Source: Perkinsus chesapeaki ATCC PRA-425
Lineage: Eukaryota > Protista > Perkinsozoa
Direction of reading: 5' to 3'
Assembly: GCA_013115145.1 (NCBI GenBank)
Contig: JAAPAO010000142.1
Location: forward strand, 1-63,689
DNA length: 63,689 bases
The notes under the pieces are model-generated. The model saw only the letters and a program-made list of their open reading frames with translations, was not told where the DNA came from and did not search any database. Each line of letters opens with the position of its first letter. Within the stretch, counting starts at the first letter, position 1. The position numbers and the translations under genes were made by a program. Below, piece by piece: positions 1 through 12,399 of this stretch.

Positions 1-1792
1 AATGCGGCCCTTAAGTGGCACATTCATTCTTTGACCCTTAGAGTTGACTCAAGAATTGTTTATCATTGGTTGAATTTTGAACGACGTCCTCAGATTCATG
101 AATTACATGAGATGTTGGTGAAGAGTCGTCTAAGCTTACTACGAGATTTGTTACAAGCTAACTCATTAGTGTTGAAAGTGGAGTGGGTTGGTACTTCCTC
201 CAATTTAGCAGATGTTCTCTGCCGAGTTCCGCAGAAATGGATCATTGAAGAACGTCAACTTCAATCTCCTCAACTTGCGGCGATTGGTGAATCATATGGT
301 TTGGAGCCTATTATATCTTTTGGTAAATTGCAACATCATCAGCAAAGAGATAGTGATCTTAATGAGGTTTATCGGTAGTCGAGAAAATCTACCTGCAAGA
401 TTTCTGCCTATTGGATATCGCAGGATATGGCGTCAGTTATGCATTAAGGATGGTCTACTATGTCGATCTTACCCACTGCCAGGTTATCGTAAAGTCACGG
501 TTCCTCTATTACCCTATGACTTGCGAAGTGTACTATCACGTCATGAGCATACTCATCCCACTAGTGGACATGTATCATGGGAAAGGTTGGTTGGTCGATT
601 ACGAACTAAGGTTTATTGGGTGTCAGTGAATCGTGATGTCCAACGAATTTGTTCTACTTGTAGTTTTTGTATTGCTGCAAAAGCTCGTGTTCCTGTTCAT
701 CAACCTCTCTCTGAAACTGAAATTGGTGGTCCATGGGAGGTAGTGGTTGTCGATGTATTAAAAATGCCTATGGATATGTCTGGAAATACTATTTTGGTAA
801 CGGCTTCTGATTCGTTTACAAAATGGGTTGAAGCCAGAGTAGTACCTAGAGAGGATGCTTTCAATGTTACTGAAGCACTGGTTGGTATTTTTACATCCAT
901 GAGATTACCTGGATATATAAGAAGTGATAGAGGATCGGTTTTTCGATCTCATGTTATGAAGCGACTTGCTGACGTATTTGGTGCGAAGCTTAAGTTTGGT
1001 AGTTCTTATCATCCTCAATCACAAGGTCAAATCGAACGATGGCATCGAAGTTTCTTGATGACGTTACGATCGTTTGGTCAACAGTTTGCTAACTGCTGGT
1101 CTGCAGCGTTACCGTTATTATTGTATTGTTATCGTACAACTCCATCCACTACTACTGGTGTTACTCCTTTTCGCGCTATGTTTGGTCGTGATGCGCGTGA
1201 TCTTCCTATCGATGGAAATGAATTTGCCTATTTGGTGTATCATATGCCTGGTTGGTTGTCCGTGTTGGAAGGAAGATTATCTGAATTGAGAGATTTAGTT
1301 GATCAGAATATCACTAAAGCTTCTCAGGATAATATTCAACAACGAGATTCCAGGGTTAGGAACTTCCAGAAGGGCGATTCTGTTGGCTTAAGATTTCCAC
1401 CGAAACTCACGCCTAACTATGAACTTGGTTGGAAAGTTGAAGATGTTAGTTATCCTGTTGTGCTAATAAGCCACCCCAAGCATTCTTCAAGACGAGTTCA
1501 TATTAATCGGTTAGTGTTGATTCCGACGCGAAGTTTAAATATAGATAATGATTATGATGATGGTACATGGTTACTTGATGAGAATCCAAATGTGGATAGT
1601 ACATCTTTGATTGTACCTTCTGTGTTATCATTGCCTGAATCTCAATCAGTTCATTCTAATTCGTCTGTATGCGATAATTCGACAATCAGCAAGGTTAATA
1701 CGCCTACTGATGTGATTGAGAAAGCAACTATAGTTGGCAATTATGCTTTGCGTGATCGATCGAAAGATAGACGACCAAAACGTTTTGCATGA
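1..1792 (+). mobile_element. Ty3/Gypsy LTR retrotransposon pol 3' part (RNase H end + integrase), interrupted by a frameshift near 370-380
   Basis: ORF 31-378 carries RNase H C-terminal motifs (VDSRIVYHWL, VEWVGTSSNLADVLCR). ORF 212-1792 carries the integrase HHCC finger (H..GH..YW..CSTC) and DDE core (VVVDVL, IRSDRGS, QSQGQIERWH). The RNase H-then-integrase order is Gypsy-like. Confidence 0.92.
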
Positions 1793-1815
1793 TTTGTAAT
1801 TGTATCTTTTTCTGT

Positions 1816-1978
1816 GAAAAAGGGGGGCAGATGTGAGGATTGTGTGCTAACACAAGAACTGTCCCCCGCTAAGCTGTGATAGTCTAGCACTGCTAGATAT
1901 TCCTGTATTCTATAGCATAGTTACTATAATAAGTATATTTCATCACTCACGTTGAGTGACTTGTGTTAACGGGTTACA
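1816..1978 (+). repeat. Polypurine tract (1816-1831) and probable 3' LTR starting TGTGAGG at 1832
   Basis: gaaaaaggggggcaga is immediately followed by TG. The right end is a guess at ...gggttACA (1978); the 5' LTR is outside the window. Confidence 0.55.
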
Positions 1979-2120
1979 GTATTGACCGTTATCCACTGAA
2001 GTTGGGCAGCCTGACTTGAGACTCAACCCAACCCTCATTCGTAAAAGTATCGATCCGAAAAAGCTCGCTTAAGGAATTAAGTCGCTTAAGGAATGACTTG
2101 ATAGAAGAGTCGAGCTTGTA

Positions 2121-3561
2121 TCAACAAGCACCATGCGAATCCTCTGCTGTGATTGACGCATCCCTGATAGAAAGGTCGATATTTGAAGGCGTTGGAGCTC
2201 GATACTCGATAGTGCAAGTGCGATTCTCAAATCTTCGAACTGCTTACCTGTCGTAATCCTCGTATCGCGGTTGGTCCTTCCAAAATGCGATTCTAGTTGA
2301 TGGATCTTTTGGAAAGAAGTGGTAAAAGCATATCCATAGCATTGGTGTTGTAAAGAGCGCCACCACAATATCAACCGAGTAGTGTGCCCTCTCTGCTAAA
2401 ATAGCCACGATCTCACCGAGGAAGAGCACCCATCCTGGTATCTAATGGAATCAGCCTACAAGCAGAGCAATTCCAAATTCGCATCGTGGGGGTATAGTGA
2501 AGTTAAATCATCTCCTATCCTGCTGGTCAGAACTTACATTGATTATCCAGTTCGTGGAATAGTGCGCCACAGCAAGGAGGCAGGCCATACCGCACCTGTC
2601 AAGCAAACTGGGAGGCTGACTCCTCGAGTTATTAGTAATAACTTATTACAGTGTATGGCCGCTGAAGATGAGATCGCCACAGCCACTTGTACTATGGATG
2701 AGAGAGAGGACATCACTAACAGTCAAAGGTTTCATAAAGTACCTCGAATTTGCATACATTACATCATAGAGGAAGTGTAAATATATAGGACTCGAAAAAG
2801 GATACTTACTCCTGACATTCCGGCCAGGGCGTGGGGAGCAGAGTGACCAGGAATGATATCGATCGAAGTGTGAATCCCAGTACGCAAACAAATACTGTCC
2901 TCCATAGGATACCAATGATAGTTATTCCAGGGCGAGGACGCGTAATAGTTATAACCGTGAGAGAGCCAACTGACCAGGTTGTAAGCAGAATCAACTGAGA
3001 TTAACATCATACTAAAATTAACATGTGCGTCTTGAATGCAGCATTGATGTTTCAAATTGTCTGACTTACAAGCCACGTACAGATGCCACCAGCAGGGTAT
3101 ACCTCAATAGCCGGGACGAGCATGTACCCGAAGTCTACCAGCACGTCGGACTGTTTGCCGAGCAGATTGTATCTAGATGAAATGGGCAAATATTCCAATG
3201 AAAGTACCAACGGCTTTGTGTGGTCACGAGGATACCCGGTACCTCACCTAAACTCTAATAATGACACAAGTCCAACTGCCCAACCATGCATCAAGAGCAA
3301 GAGTAATGCTACTACGAACCACGGCCACGCAACTCGGAATACCATCCAGTTAGCCTTAACCTGACATAAGGGAAAGTACAGCTTATAAAAGGCGGTATGC
3401 ATGTGAGCTGTGGTATGCTTGGAAACTACCTGAGCCCTGACCTTGCAGACTAGTCTGGCGTCATTGCTACGAGGAGTGGTAATGCCGGCCATGTTACGAA
3501 GGTAACAAGGGTGACAGACACCTACACGAGTACTACACCGTGCTGTGGCGGCGTATGCCAT
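2121..3561 (-). CDS. Sphingomyelin/inositol-phosphorylceramide synthase family protein, paralog 1 (multi-exon)
   Basis: Family motifs LVDFGYMLVP, GCGDLIFSGHT and RAHYSVDIVV in successive exons. The last exon ends DASITAEDSHGAC-stop at 2121. The start at 3561 is approximate. Confidence 0.85.
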
Positions 3562-3609
3562 TGCCGCCTCTACATATATCGAACGTATACTGACAGCGTC
3601 GGAATAGAT

Positions 3610-3928
3610 ATGGCAAAGCAGAGAGGAAGCGAGTAGGCGGCCTGCTTGCCCCGCCAGTGGCGGATTGCCACCTCAAAACAACGAGCTCTGTCAAGTATCT
3701 CCTCTAAGCCAGCTTGGCTCAGAAAAGGAAGGGGTCGAAGTCATCGCCTCGAAGGTCATCTGTCACTGTCAGGCGGAACGCAAACCTTATCCAAATCCAT
3801 CTCCGTTACATTCGACCTCCCTGCTCCTCTCCCAAGTTTCGTCTCTCCACCAGCCAACACGTTTGGGGCATTGTGTCGTGTATGACATGGAGCATATGGA
3901 ACGAACCCTCGTAGGCCCTACGACGTGA
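3610..3928 (+). CDS. Possible small spliced hypothetical protein
   Basis: ATG at 3610 and plausible short introns; no recognisable domain. Confidence 0.2.
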
Positions 3929-4721
3929 GGGATACTATCCCATGAAGTCCACGGCACAGCCCCGGTGGACCACCGGGGCAGAGCTCACCAGGTGAGCTCT
4001 ATTGTATATTCAGTGGGCGAGAGAGCGGTGAAGTGGAATTGTGCGCGTGCCCCAGTTTGTGGCTCACAGGGTTTGCGCGTCACAGTATAGCGAAACTCGG
4101 CGCATAACCCTATTGATTGTAGAAATGAGGGTCGTCACTACTTGTTCCAGAAATCTTATGAATAGCTGAGCCATTATACCCGGTGGATTGCTCAGCTCAT
4201 ATCGCCATTGTGACTTTTCATGTGTCGGAGCACGAGATATCGCCATAAGCTGCGTAAAACTTACGAAACCGGAACGATTATGCTTGATAGTCGATTCCCG
4301 ACTTCCAGTTCACCTCCCCGCGGGTTTTTACTATCGCTACGTTGCACTGCGCTATCATAATCATTATTCTATGATATTTGTTTAATGCGCAGCAAAACTA
4401 GTTGCCTTCTTCCCACTCTCCGAAAAAAGATAGCGATTTACGATATTCACAGTTTGCGACGAAATGCAAGTCTGTATATCAAATGCATCACTGAGTTTGA
4501 TAGTTTTATGGAGACTATAGTTATTCAGATATGGTTCAATCAGAGGCGATTGATCGCTTTTCCCAATGACTGACAACTCGGCACTGAACGATCACTACTG
4601 GAAGGAACTGGACAAATGATACATAAATAGCTAGTCCTTTAACTCTTATCAAGGTCGTGGGACGTTTATTGCTGCAAATTAGTGATATTGTACAATTAAG
4701 AGCTCCGATGTCATCTACGCT

Positions 4722-6226
4722 TTACACACGACGACGCGCCGAGGCTCCACGATCTTCACCAGCCTCCATCTCAACGGCCAATTCCACATCCTTCTCGGTG
4801 CTTTCGCTTTTAGCTATTTTGTGACGCATTTCCCATTTGAGATCATCCTCAACGAACCGGTACCACACAAATTGGAGAAGAATGGTGCTGAAGTGCCAGC
4901 ATGCATGCGCATCCAGTAACAAGAAATAGGGAGGGAAGTCATTGAGCTCGAACGCATACAAAAAGGGGGCAATACCGAGTGTAGCAATATAGATCCATCT
5001 GACATACTTCCCCCTACGTCGATGCGTGAGAGCCCAGTAGCACCAGCTAAACACCATTATAGCGCCAACAAAGCAGGCGACTTTCATATTCCAACCATAA
5101 TTGAAGTCGATGAATAACATATAATACTGATGGGTCATTATGAAGAGATAGACTGGTATAGCAGGTATCCATGCTCGCAGCTCTCTGTCCCCTCGCGCGC
5201 CCGCAAAGTTGTACACTAAACCGGTCACTAATGCTGTGGACACACCTAATAAGGCAGACATGTAGTCGAAGGCTTCAGTGGCTGGCCAGTCTCTAGTGTG
5301 AAATGTGGCACTGGCAATCCATACGATGATTCCAACACAGGCATAAAGTGTCCAAACATGACCAAATCGATATTCACTGAGGGGTACTGTCTTAGTTACA
5401 TAGGACTGATATAGGAATATAACATGTGGTAAGGCATTGAGGAGAGATGATATCACTGACATCAGCTCCTGCATACCTATAAAGGAGGCTGGGAATGCCA
5501 TTAGCTGATTCGAAGCCTTACCGAAGACTCTAGTAAAGGCCCATTTACCACCATATTTCACAACAGGCTCGCCATTGTCAATACGGAGCTTATGATTGAT
5601 ATGCATGCATTTATATTCACAGTTATCCTCACACCCCCATCCTGTGAACCGAAGCACTTTCCCTAACTCTTGCTGAGGTGTTGCAAGGGCAAAACCTGAA
5701 TAATGTTTAATGATAAAACTATAAGAAAACAACGGCAGTTACCTGACGCATCCACCCCAGGCCCATCATTTATAATCTCATTCCTGTCGCCTTTGTGTAG
5801 GTCAGTCATGGCGTTCTCTAAGGCAAGGTATAACCGATCGTAAAACGAAGGAGGGGCGAAGACACCGGGCTCGGACTTAACAGTTCTGATGACCTAGACG
5901 ATAGGGTTTGAGAGGCTTGTAGGCTAGATCTTACGTCAGTGTGTTTGACTAGATCATGGGGATCGATTAAGCCTTCCTTCATCATACGGTACACTGGTGG
6001 TTGACACTCAAACTGGCATTCTGCCGTACATAGCATATATCGAGAATCTCGGCTGCCATCACCAGATACCAGCTGGAAGGCGATGACAAGGAGAACAAGA
6101 ACAGATAACATAAATAGAAAACTTACGAAAAATAAAAGCAAGGCTCTCCCCACTGAACCTGTTATCGATAACGCTACAGTGGGGTTAGGAAACGATTGGC
6201 CAGCACCGAAACACGTGGTAACCCAT
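4722..6226 (-). CDS. PGAP3: Post-GPI attachment to proteins factor 3 (Per1/PGAP3), multi-exon
   Basis: Cys-rich N-terminus (CTAECQFEC, WGCEDNCEYKCMH), KYGGKWAFTRVFG, SATFHTRD..TEAFDY and DFPPYFLLLDAHACWH are Per1-family motifs. The start codon is inferred. Confidence 0.9.
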
Positions 6227-7760
6227 CAAAACTTCATAGTCTCACTCGTAACTCTTCTCGGGTCGTTAATGTGTCTCTTTGGAGGCGGTGGACTGCCGTA
6301 GTATGACAGTGTGGCCTTCGCCGCCTTCACGTCCTTCAGAAAAGGTTTGTAATTCTGAGGACGATAAGTTGCACTAAGTCAGTAGCATGACCCCTACGGC
6401 ATCGGTTTTCTGGTAGACATCCTCGAGGATGAGCAAATCCTTGTTTTCCAAAGTATCCAGAACAAGGCGGATTTCCTTTGCCACTGCCTACTTTAACCAT
6501 AACCCACTCACCACACTTCTACGTATTACCTTGAGTAGCCTATGAACCTGTTTCCACTCTACAGTGTCATACCACTCTTCATCATTATCCCCTATCACTC
6601 TCCCTATACACCACGCTATCCTAACTAGACCTAAGAAGCATCATCAGCCATCGCCCGCCGGGCAGCATCATCACCACCACCTTCGGAACCAATCTCCTGA
6701 GCCATGCCATTTCGAAAGGCATACAACAGGGCCGGAGTGACCTTAGCCAAGGCTCGTCGGAGCGGAGGGCCCCTCACACGGAAGGCGCCGAGGGCATATA
6801 CTAGGCGGTATCTGACGTTATAATAGAGGAAAGAACTTGGTTAGTGGCAATACAGGTCTCTAGGAGACACGATATCGAACTCTTCCTTATCAAGGTGATG
6901 GAACGTCTTTTGTAGTGCCGACTGCATTAACGGTGAAGCATACCTGAGACGGACCTCGTTGATGCTTCATAATAAAGGCCAGCGCGCGGATCGAACCCAA
7001 CACTGATGGATCCCAAGCCCGACAGCCTGTCGACTAGACCACCCTTATCTTACTTCACATGAACACCTGTTATACGGTAGAGCCTATAAAGTACGTCTAT
7101 AGCCATATGGGCATCGCAGCTAGGCAGAGCCTTTTCAAACCATGGCATACATACCTTGATAATCTCTGGTACTCTTAACGCTAACTGAAGAATCTACCTT
7201 CAATCCATTTCGTGTCCTCAAGTCCACCAAGTACCGCAATAACCTCCATGTATCCGATGGGGAGTCTACTATTCGCGGGAATACCTACGAAATTAGGCCG
7301 GATCTTTCAGCACTGTGGCTCCTTCTTACTTCTTTATCTAATTTACCTATAAACCCTTTAAACTCCTTACTACCCCTCTTGAAATCACCCAGATTGATTA
7401 AATGGGTAAAAGCATGGCATGCATCACCGTACGATAATGGTATTGCTGTCTTGTCCAGTATAGCCAACACCTCCGGACCTGTACAGTAGGAGCAGCAGCA
7501 GTAGGATCTCTAATCAATCTAGGCATTTTCACCATTATCCCGATCTTAAATGTATTCCATCCCTTCGAAACTCACCCTGTAATAGAATTCCTCCACCAGT
7601 CCACTCCAACAGCAACAACAAGCTCTAAGAATTCAACTATCATACCAGAAGACTCACACGTGGTGCCATCATACCAAGCTACGGGCTACACAATGTGTAA
7701 GATAAAAACGTGCTTCTCCGAATGTTGGCAACGGTAATACTTTCTTGATACATTGACATT
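6226..7760 (-). CDS. Hypothetical multi-exon alpha-helical protein (possibly helical-repeat type)
   Basis: Spliceable exons such as YRLVYALGAFRVRGPPLRRALAKV and LILEDVYQKTDA|NYKPFLKDVK...MKF-stop. The 5' end is uncertain. Confidence 0.4.
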
Positions 7761-8099
7761 GCATTGTTTACCTCTACTACCTAGTTCACATAGTTAATAA
7801 ATACTTCAGATATTGTCCGAATCAGCCTCGAAAGACCGTGGCATTATTGTCTCGATGATCCTACTATATTCTTAATCGACTTCCGATCGAGTCTGATTTC
7901 TTCAATAAAAAGTTTTGGGGATCTACAGTAGTTTGCCACTTCGTACCGTTTTCACGCTTCTCTTCGTACCACCGAAAAGCCGCTTTAAATGCTTTCTAAC
8001 GCAGCAGTTTCGAGCCGCTGAAATGTTTCGCTCCGTTGATGAGCGGGTCATTAAGCACGGTCTATTCCGACGCTCCCTCTATATCTACTTAGTAGAGGC

Positions 8100-10270
8100 T
8101 TATCGTCTAATGTACGTGGCAATGTAAGGCCGCCCATCAATGTAAACCAACGAGGCTAACTCCAAACCCAAATACTACCATTCTTGCACTTCATAAAGGC
8201 ATCGGCGAACACTGATTTCAAAGGCGGTAAAGGAACCTTCGCGCTCGGCATCTTATATCACGATCATTATAGAAGGCTAAGAGAGGAGGATATCTATCAC
8301 CAGTAGTAGTAAACTCAAGGATGGTTAGCAACATGAAAAGTCATCATCATTAACAAAAAAGGGTGTCAAATGTATATACACACCAGAATCGACGTGCAGA
8401 CACAGTGGGCCGAGCAGACACCATCTGGGGGGAGGGAGGCTGCTACAGTACAGTTGCTTCATACCGTATTCCATCTCCCAGGCATCGATACAGAGCCCTG
8501 GGGATATTTGAGATAAAGGGAGATAGAGAGATGTTCCCGGTATAATATAGGAATAACTTATTCAAATAGAACGACATCCTTGCTCTTCCCCAAGCTACTA
8601 TCCTTTCTCAACGGTTTCCCATCAAAACTGCTGCCACCACCGCAATCATCGTTGTTCCTATACGCAGTAGGATACGGGATGTGCAGACGCAAGAAACAGT
8701 TATCCTCCTGATGACAACTATATAATAGACAACCTCCATCCCAGCAATCCTCACCGGTGCATATTGATCCGGTTTGGCCGTCTGAATCGCGTTCTTGTAC
8801 TGTAAATTAGGGGTAGCTGCCGGCTTATCCTTTTGCGTACCTGAATATGGCTGTCATCCATCCAACCTCCACACACGCCACTACCTTTCTTTTTCTTGCT
8901 AGCAGAGCTTAGCCGCCCACAGAGGTTCGCACCCCAGTCCCTCAAGGTGGGATCTCCCGACACATTCATCAATTGGCGTTCAAACAGCTCCGAGAACCGC
9001 TTTAATAAATTCCATCTGCATTCGTGACGTGCGTTGAAGAAGCCCCAAGTCGGCGGGCAGATCTGCCCAGTGCCTGCACCAGCGATCTCCCTAGTGAAGC
9101 CAATGTGGCCGAGTATTACATATCTCTCGTAGCTCCTCTTCATTCACCATTATAATCCTAATCCGCAAGCTCCCTACATCGTCCAACCGGCTCACTGGCT
9201 TGTACCTTAAAATAACCTCATCACTCCGGCGGCAGCCCCGAGGGCGAGGATCTTACGGAGTGACAAAGAACCTTCCCTCCCCACTGGACCCACCACATGT
9301 AAGGGTGAAGGCATACCAGGCGCTTCTATAGTAAGACTCGCATCTGATGATACCTGCAATACCTCAGCAAGATGCTTTATTACTACCTTCGAGCCTCGTT
9401 GAAAAATATATGATATGGCGCAAATAGGGCAGAGAGGTGATTAGTACAGGTTGACAGGACGTGCCATTTATCATCACTATTGAGGAACTTCGTAAGGATC
9501 TGTAGGCAGGCAACTTAAGTGACAGCTGCAGGCGGTATTACCGGTTCGTCAGGATTGGCCTTCTTTGCAGCCTGTAAGACCTTGTTGATGACGTAGGTAT
9601 CATGCCCGAAGAAATCCTTGATATCTTTGCAGAAGACCTGAGACCGATTTCACCGCATGCCGATTCCTGGCCATTACCGTTCTCTTCTCAATCCTTCCTA
9701 ATTCGGCAAGGTGCTCCGTGGTGAGGATGCATGCTTGAATTTGCTGAAGGTAACCAAGTGCACTGCAGCAGCAGCGGTCAATGCTATTACTGTATACTCG
9801 TTGATGCCACTCCTTTTCCAGTCAGCGTAGTTCCTCTCTTTGAGATATTTCTTAATTGCAAAGTAGAGCCATCGAGCCCCGAGGGCAGCCTAAACCGGGA
9901 AGGAGTCCCCTTAGAGACAGCAGCGGCTTACCAGGATGTAGAGCGGTATGGACCGCACATAGGGGGAGCTCATGCGACGGGCTACCTGCCGAATCACACC
10001 GGAACGTAAACGGACCGTGAGTGCTTTAAATCGGTTGACTATTGACACACGAACCAACGGGGGGTAATAGCGTATCTGGTGCAGCTAGAGAGTTAGTAAG
10101 CGAGAAGGAAGGGGAAATGCCACCCAAGAACGATTACTATTGATATTATCACTGAGAGAGCCGAACGTCTCTCGGGGTTGGTAGGTGAAGGGGATGAAGA
10201 TGGTGATGATGACATAGAGGGGTGGCAGGAAGGTGACCTCTAAAATATCTTGAGACACTGTAATGCACAA
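8100..10270 (-). CDS. Hypothetical multi-exon protein
   Basis: Open exon-like segments with GT-AG borders (LYFAIKKYLKERNYADWKRSGINEYT; FCKDIKDFFGHDTYVINKVL; PPTWGFFNARHECRWNLLKRF); no family recognised. Confidence 0.35.
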
Positions 10271-10351
10271 AAGTCACTCGCCCCGAAACTGCCCAACTTG
10301 CGCTGGCCGCTCTCTAACAGTGTAAACTATTGCGAGTTTCTGGTGTGACGA

Positions 10352-10883
10352 ATGGCGGGGATTGCTTTACCGAATCGGCAGCAGCAAGATGGCAATGAAG
10401 AGTCAGCACTGTCAAAACTATCATCAGAGGACCGTCAGGTAAAGTACTGAAGGGTCTGTGTGGGGGTTGAGGCTAGGCTAGGTCCTTAAGGCTGCAGTAG
10501 AGCTTATAATGAACAGAGCAGAGCAACAGGCACATATAGGGGAAATGATTCGAGATGCCATGTTGGCACACTCTCGAACCGGTGGTGGTAGTGCCAAGAT
10601 ATCATCCACCGTCGGCCCAGTCGATATGGAGTATTGTGATAAACCTCAACGACAAGACGAGCGAGGCGGCCTTATTTACTCCTTGGTCTCTGATATAGCA
10701 GATTGTGAGCTTTAAGGGTATCCTCATGTTGAAGCTAAAAGTATCTTTCAGGTCAATTATCGCCACCTAGCCCTCTACCAGCAGAGCCCGTGAATAAGTT
10801 CTACGAGGGTGCATCCGAACTACCATTATCGTCGCCCCCTTGGGCGTCCAGTGTACTTGAGACTCCTCCACCACAACCTTTAA
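10352..10883 (+). CDS. Small hypothetical spliced protein
   Basis: MAGIALPNRQQQ...EDRQ|VLKAAVELIMNRAEQQ, with a Pro-rich last exon ending TAA at 10883. Confidence 0.35.
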
Positions 10884-11082
10884 AAAGGAAGTTCTGTGAT
10901 ACAATTTAATGGGGAATTTCCCCTACTCACTGCCAGCATGATTCTTAATATTTGATCGACCGTTGGGTGAATCTTGTGTTTTACGCACCGTGAAGGATAC
11001 GCGTAACAGCAACATCTTCGCAGTGCGAAATTGGTATGTTCTGAAAGCCCGTCTTGGCACTTGAAAGTGGCACCCGTAGCAC

Positions 11083-12243
11083 ATGCTGAGATCGTTCATC
11101 ATCCCAACCCTCGGCAGCAGGGCCTTGGACACATCAGCTTTAGAAGGGAGATTGTCAGCCCTCGAGGCAGCAGCTGATGCTAACTTCCAGTCCCTAGGGG
11201 ACAGCATAAATGCATTATCGATGCGAATCGAGGAACTAGCTCAGCAATGGGCCCTCGAATTCGAACAGTACAAAGCTTATCATGAGTCAATGCAATCTAT
11301 CCTGGCCAACTTAACGTATCTTGCCGACGACCTCAGACGCGACAAATACAACTTTCCACGAGTCGTCGATAGGCTACTCGAATCAATAGACAGCAAGTGC
11401 CCAGCACAATCGTACGCCGCTCCGGTGAAGTCCTCTTTGCTCGGTGTGGAGCGGTCTTGGCAGCTTTGCGTAAAGAGCGAAAACGACAGGGTCGATAATA
11501 TGGTCAAGTGGGAGGCATCGGCTCCAGACTGTGAACGGCTATTCTTCGGCATGACCAGCCTTGACAATACCTCCACGACTGTCCTCGACATTGGTGCCAA
11601 CATAGGCCTCTGCAGTAGTCTCTATGCTGCTTATGGCTTCACGGTTACTTCAGTGGAGCCTAATGGCCGCAATGCCGACCTGTTGGAGGCTAGCGTGTCG
11701 CTCAATGACTTCGTGTCACACGTGGAGGTATTGCGAGCTGCGGTATCGAGTCGCTTGGGAGAGGCGACGCTTTTCGAGCCCGATGGCAACACAGGCGGTA
11801 CGAGGGTCATCGAGGTAACGTCGAACACTTCTTCAATGACCGGTCGATTGCTAACGGCAAGAACTGTCACACTGGCAGATATCCTGTCCAAGCAACTTCA
11901 CGAGAATATCTTCATGAAACTCGACTGCGAGGGGTGTGAATATGAAGTCCTTGCCAGCATCGAGGGAATACTTGCATCGGGTAAGGTGCCGAGGATAATG
12001 CTGGAATTCGCACCGTCGTTATTAATCCAACATAGTCCTTTGGAAGCGCCAATGATGCTACTTGAACTGATGCACCGAACAGGATTTACTCTTTTCAAGT
12101 TGCCCTTCGCTCGAGAGCGTGCCGAAGTACAGCCGTCTGTGTTCGATCGAAATGATTTTGGCAAAGTGATTGCAATGGCCACGAAGCTGTCAATGATCGA
12201 CATCCTCGTGGTGCATGAGGATCATCGTTCAGCGTTTCGTTGA
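11083..12243 (+). CDS. FkbM-family SAM-dependent methyltransferase with N-terminal coiled coil, intronless
   Basis: 386 aa ORF from ATG with VLDIGANIG, SVEPN and FMKLDCEGCEYEVL motifs. Confidence 0.88.
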   Translation: MLRSFIIPTLGSRALDTSALEGRLSALEAAADANFQSLGDSINALSMRIEELAQQWALEFEQYKAYHESMQSILANLTYLADDLRRDKYNFPRVVDRLLESIDSKCPAQSYAAPVKSSLLGVERSWQLCVKSENDRVDNMVKWEASAPDCERLFFGMTSLDNTSTTVLDIGANIGLCSSLYAAYGFTVTSVEPNGRNADLLEASVSLNDFVSHVEVLRAAVSSRLGEATLFEPDGNTGGTRVIEVTSNTSSMTGRLLTARTVTLADILSKQLHENIFMKLDCEGCEYEVLASIEGILASGKVPRIMLEFAPSLLIQHSPLEAPMMLLELMHRTGFTLFKLPFARERAEVQPSVFDRNDFGKVIAMATKLSMIDILVVHEDHRSAFR

Positions 12244-12399
12244 ATCGCTGTCTGTCGTGTTGAGTCTCCCATGAACTTGAAACACAAAAAAACAGCTGAG
12301 CAGAAAGCATGAACTAACTTGTCACTTGTAAGTGCACCTGAGCAAGGTAAGCCAATCTGTGATGTATTATGGTATAATGTACGTCTTTGGTGGGCCCAG

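Noticed and set aside
11050-11085. Weak spliced-leader resemblance (gtcttggc, ccgtagc) upstream of FkbM
   Set aside because: Fragments are short, in the wrong order, and explained by a splice acceptor.
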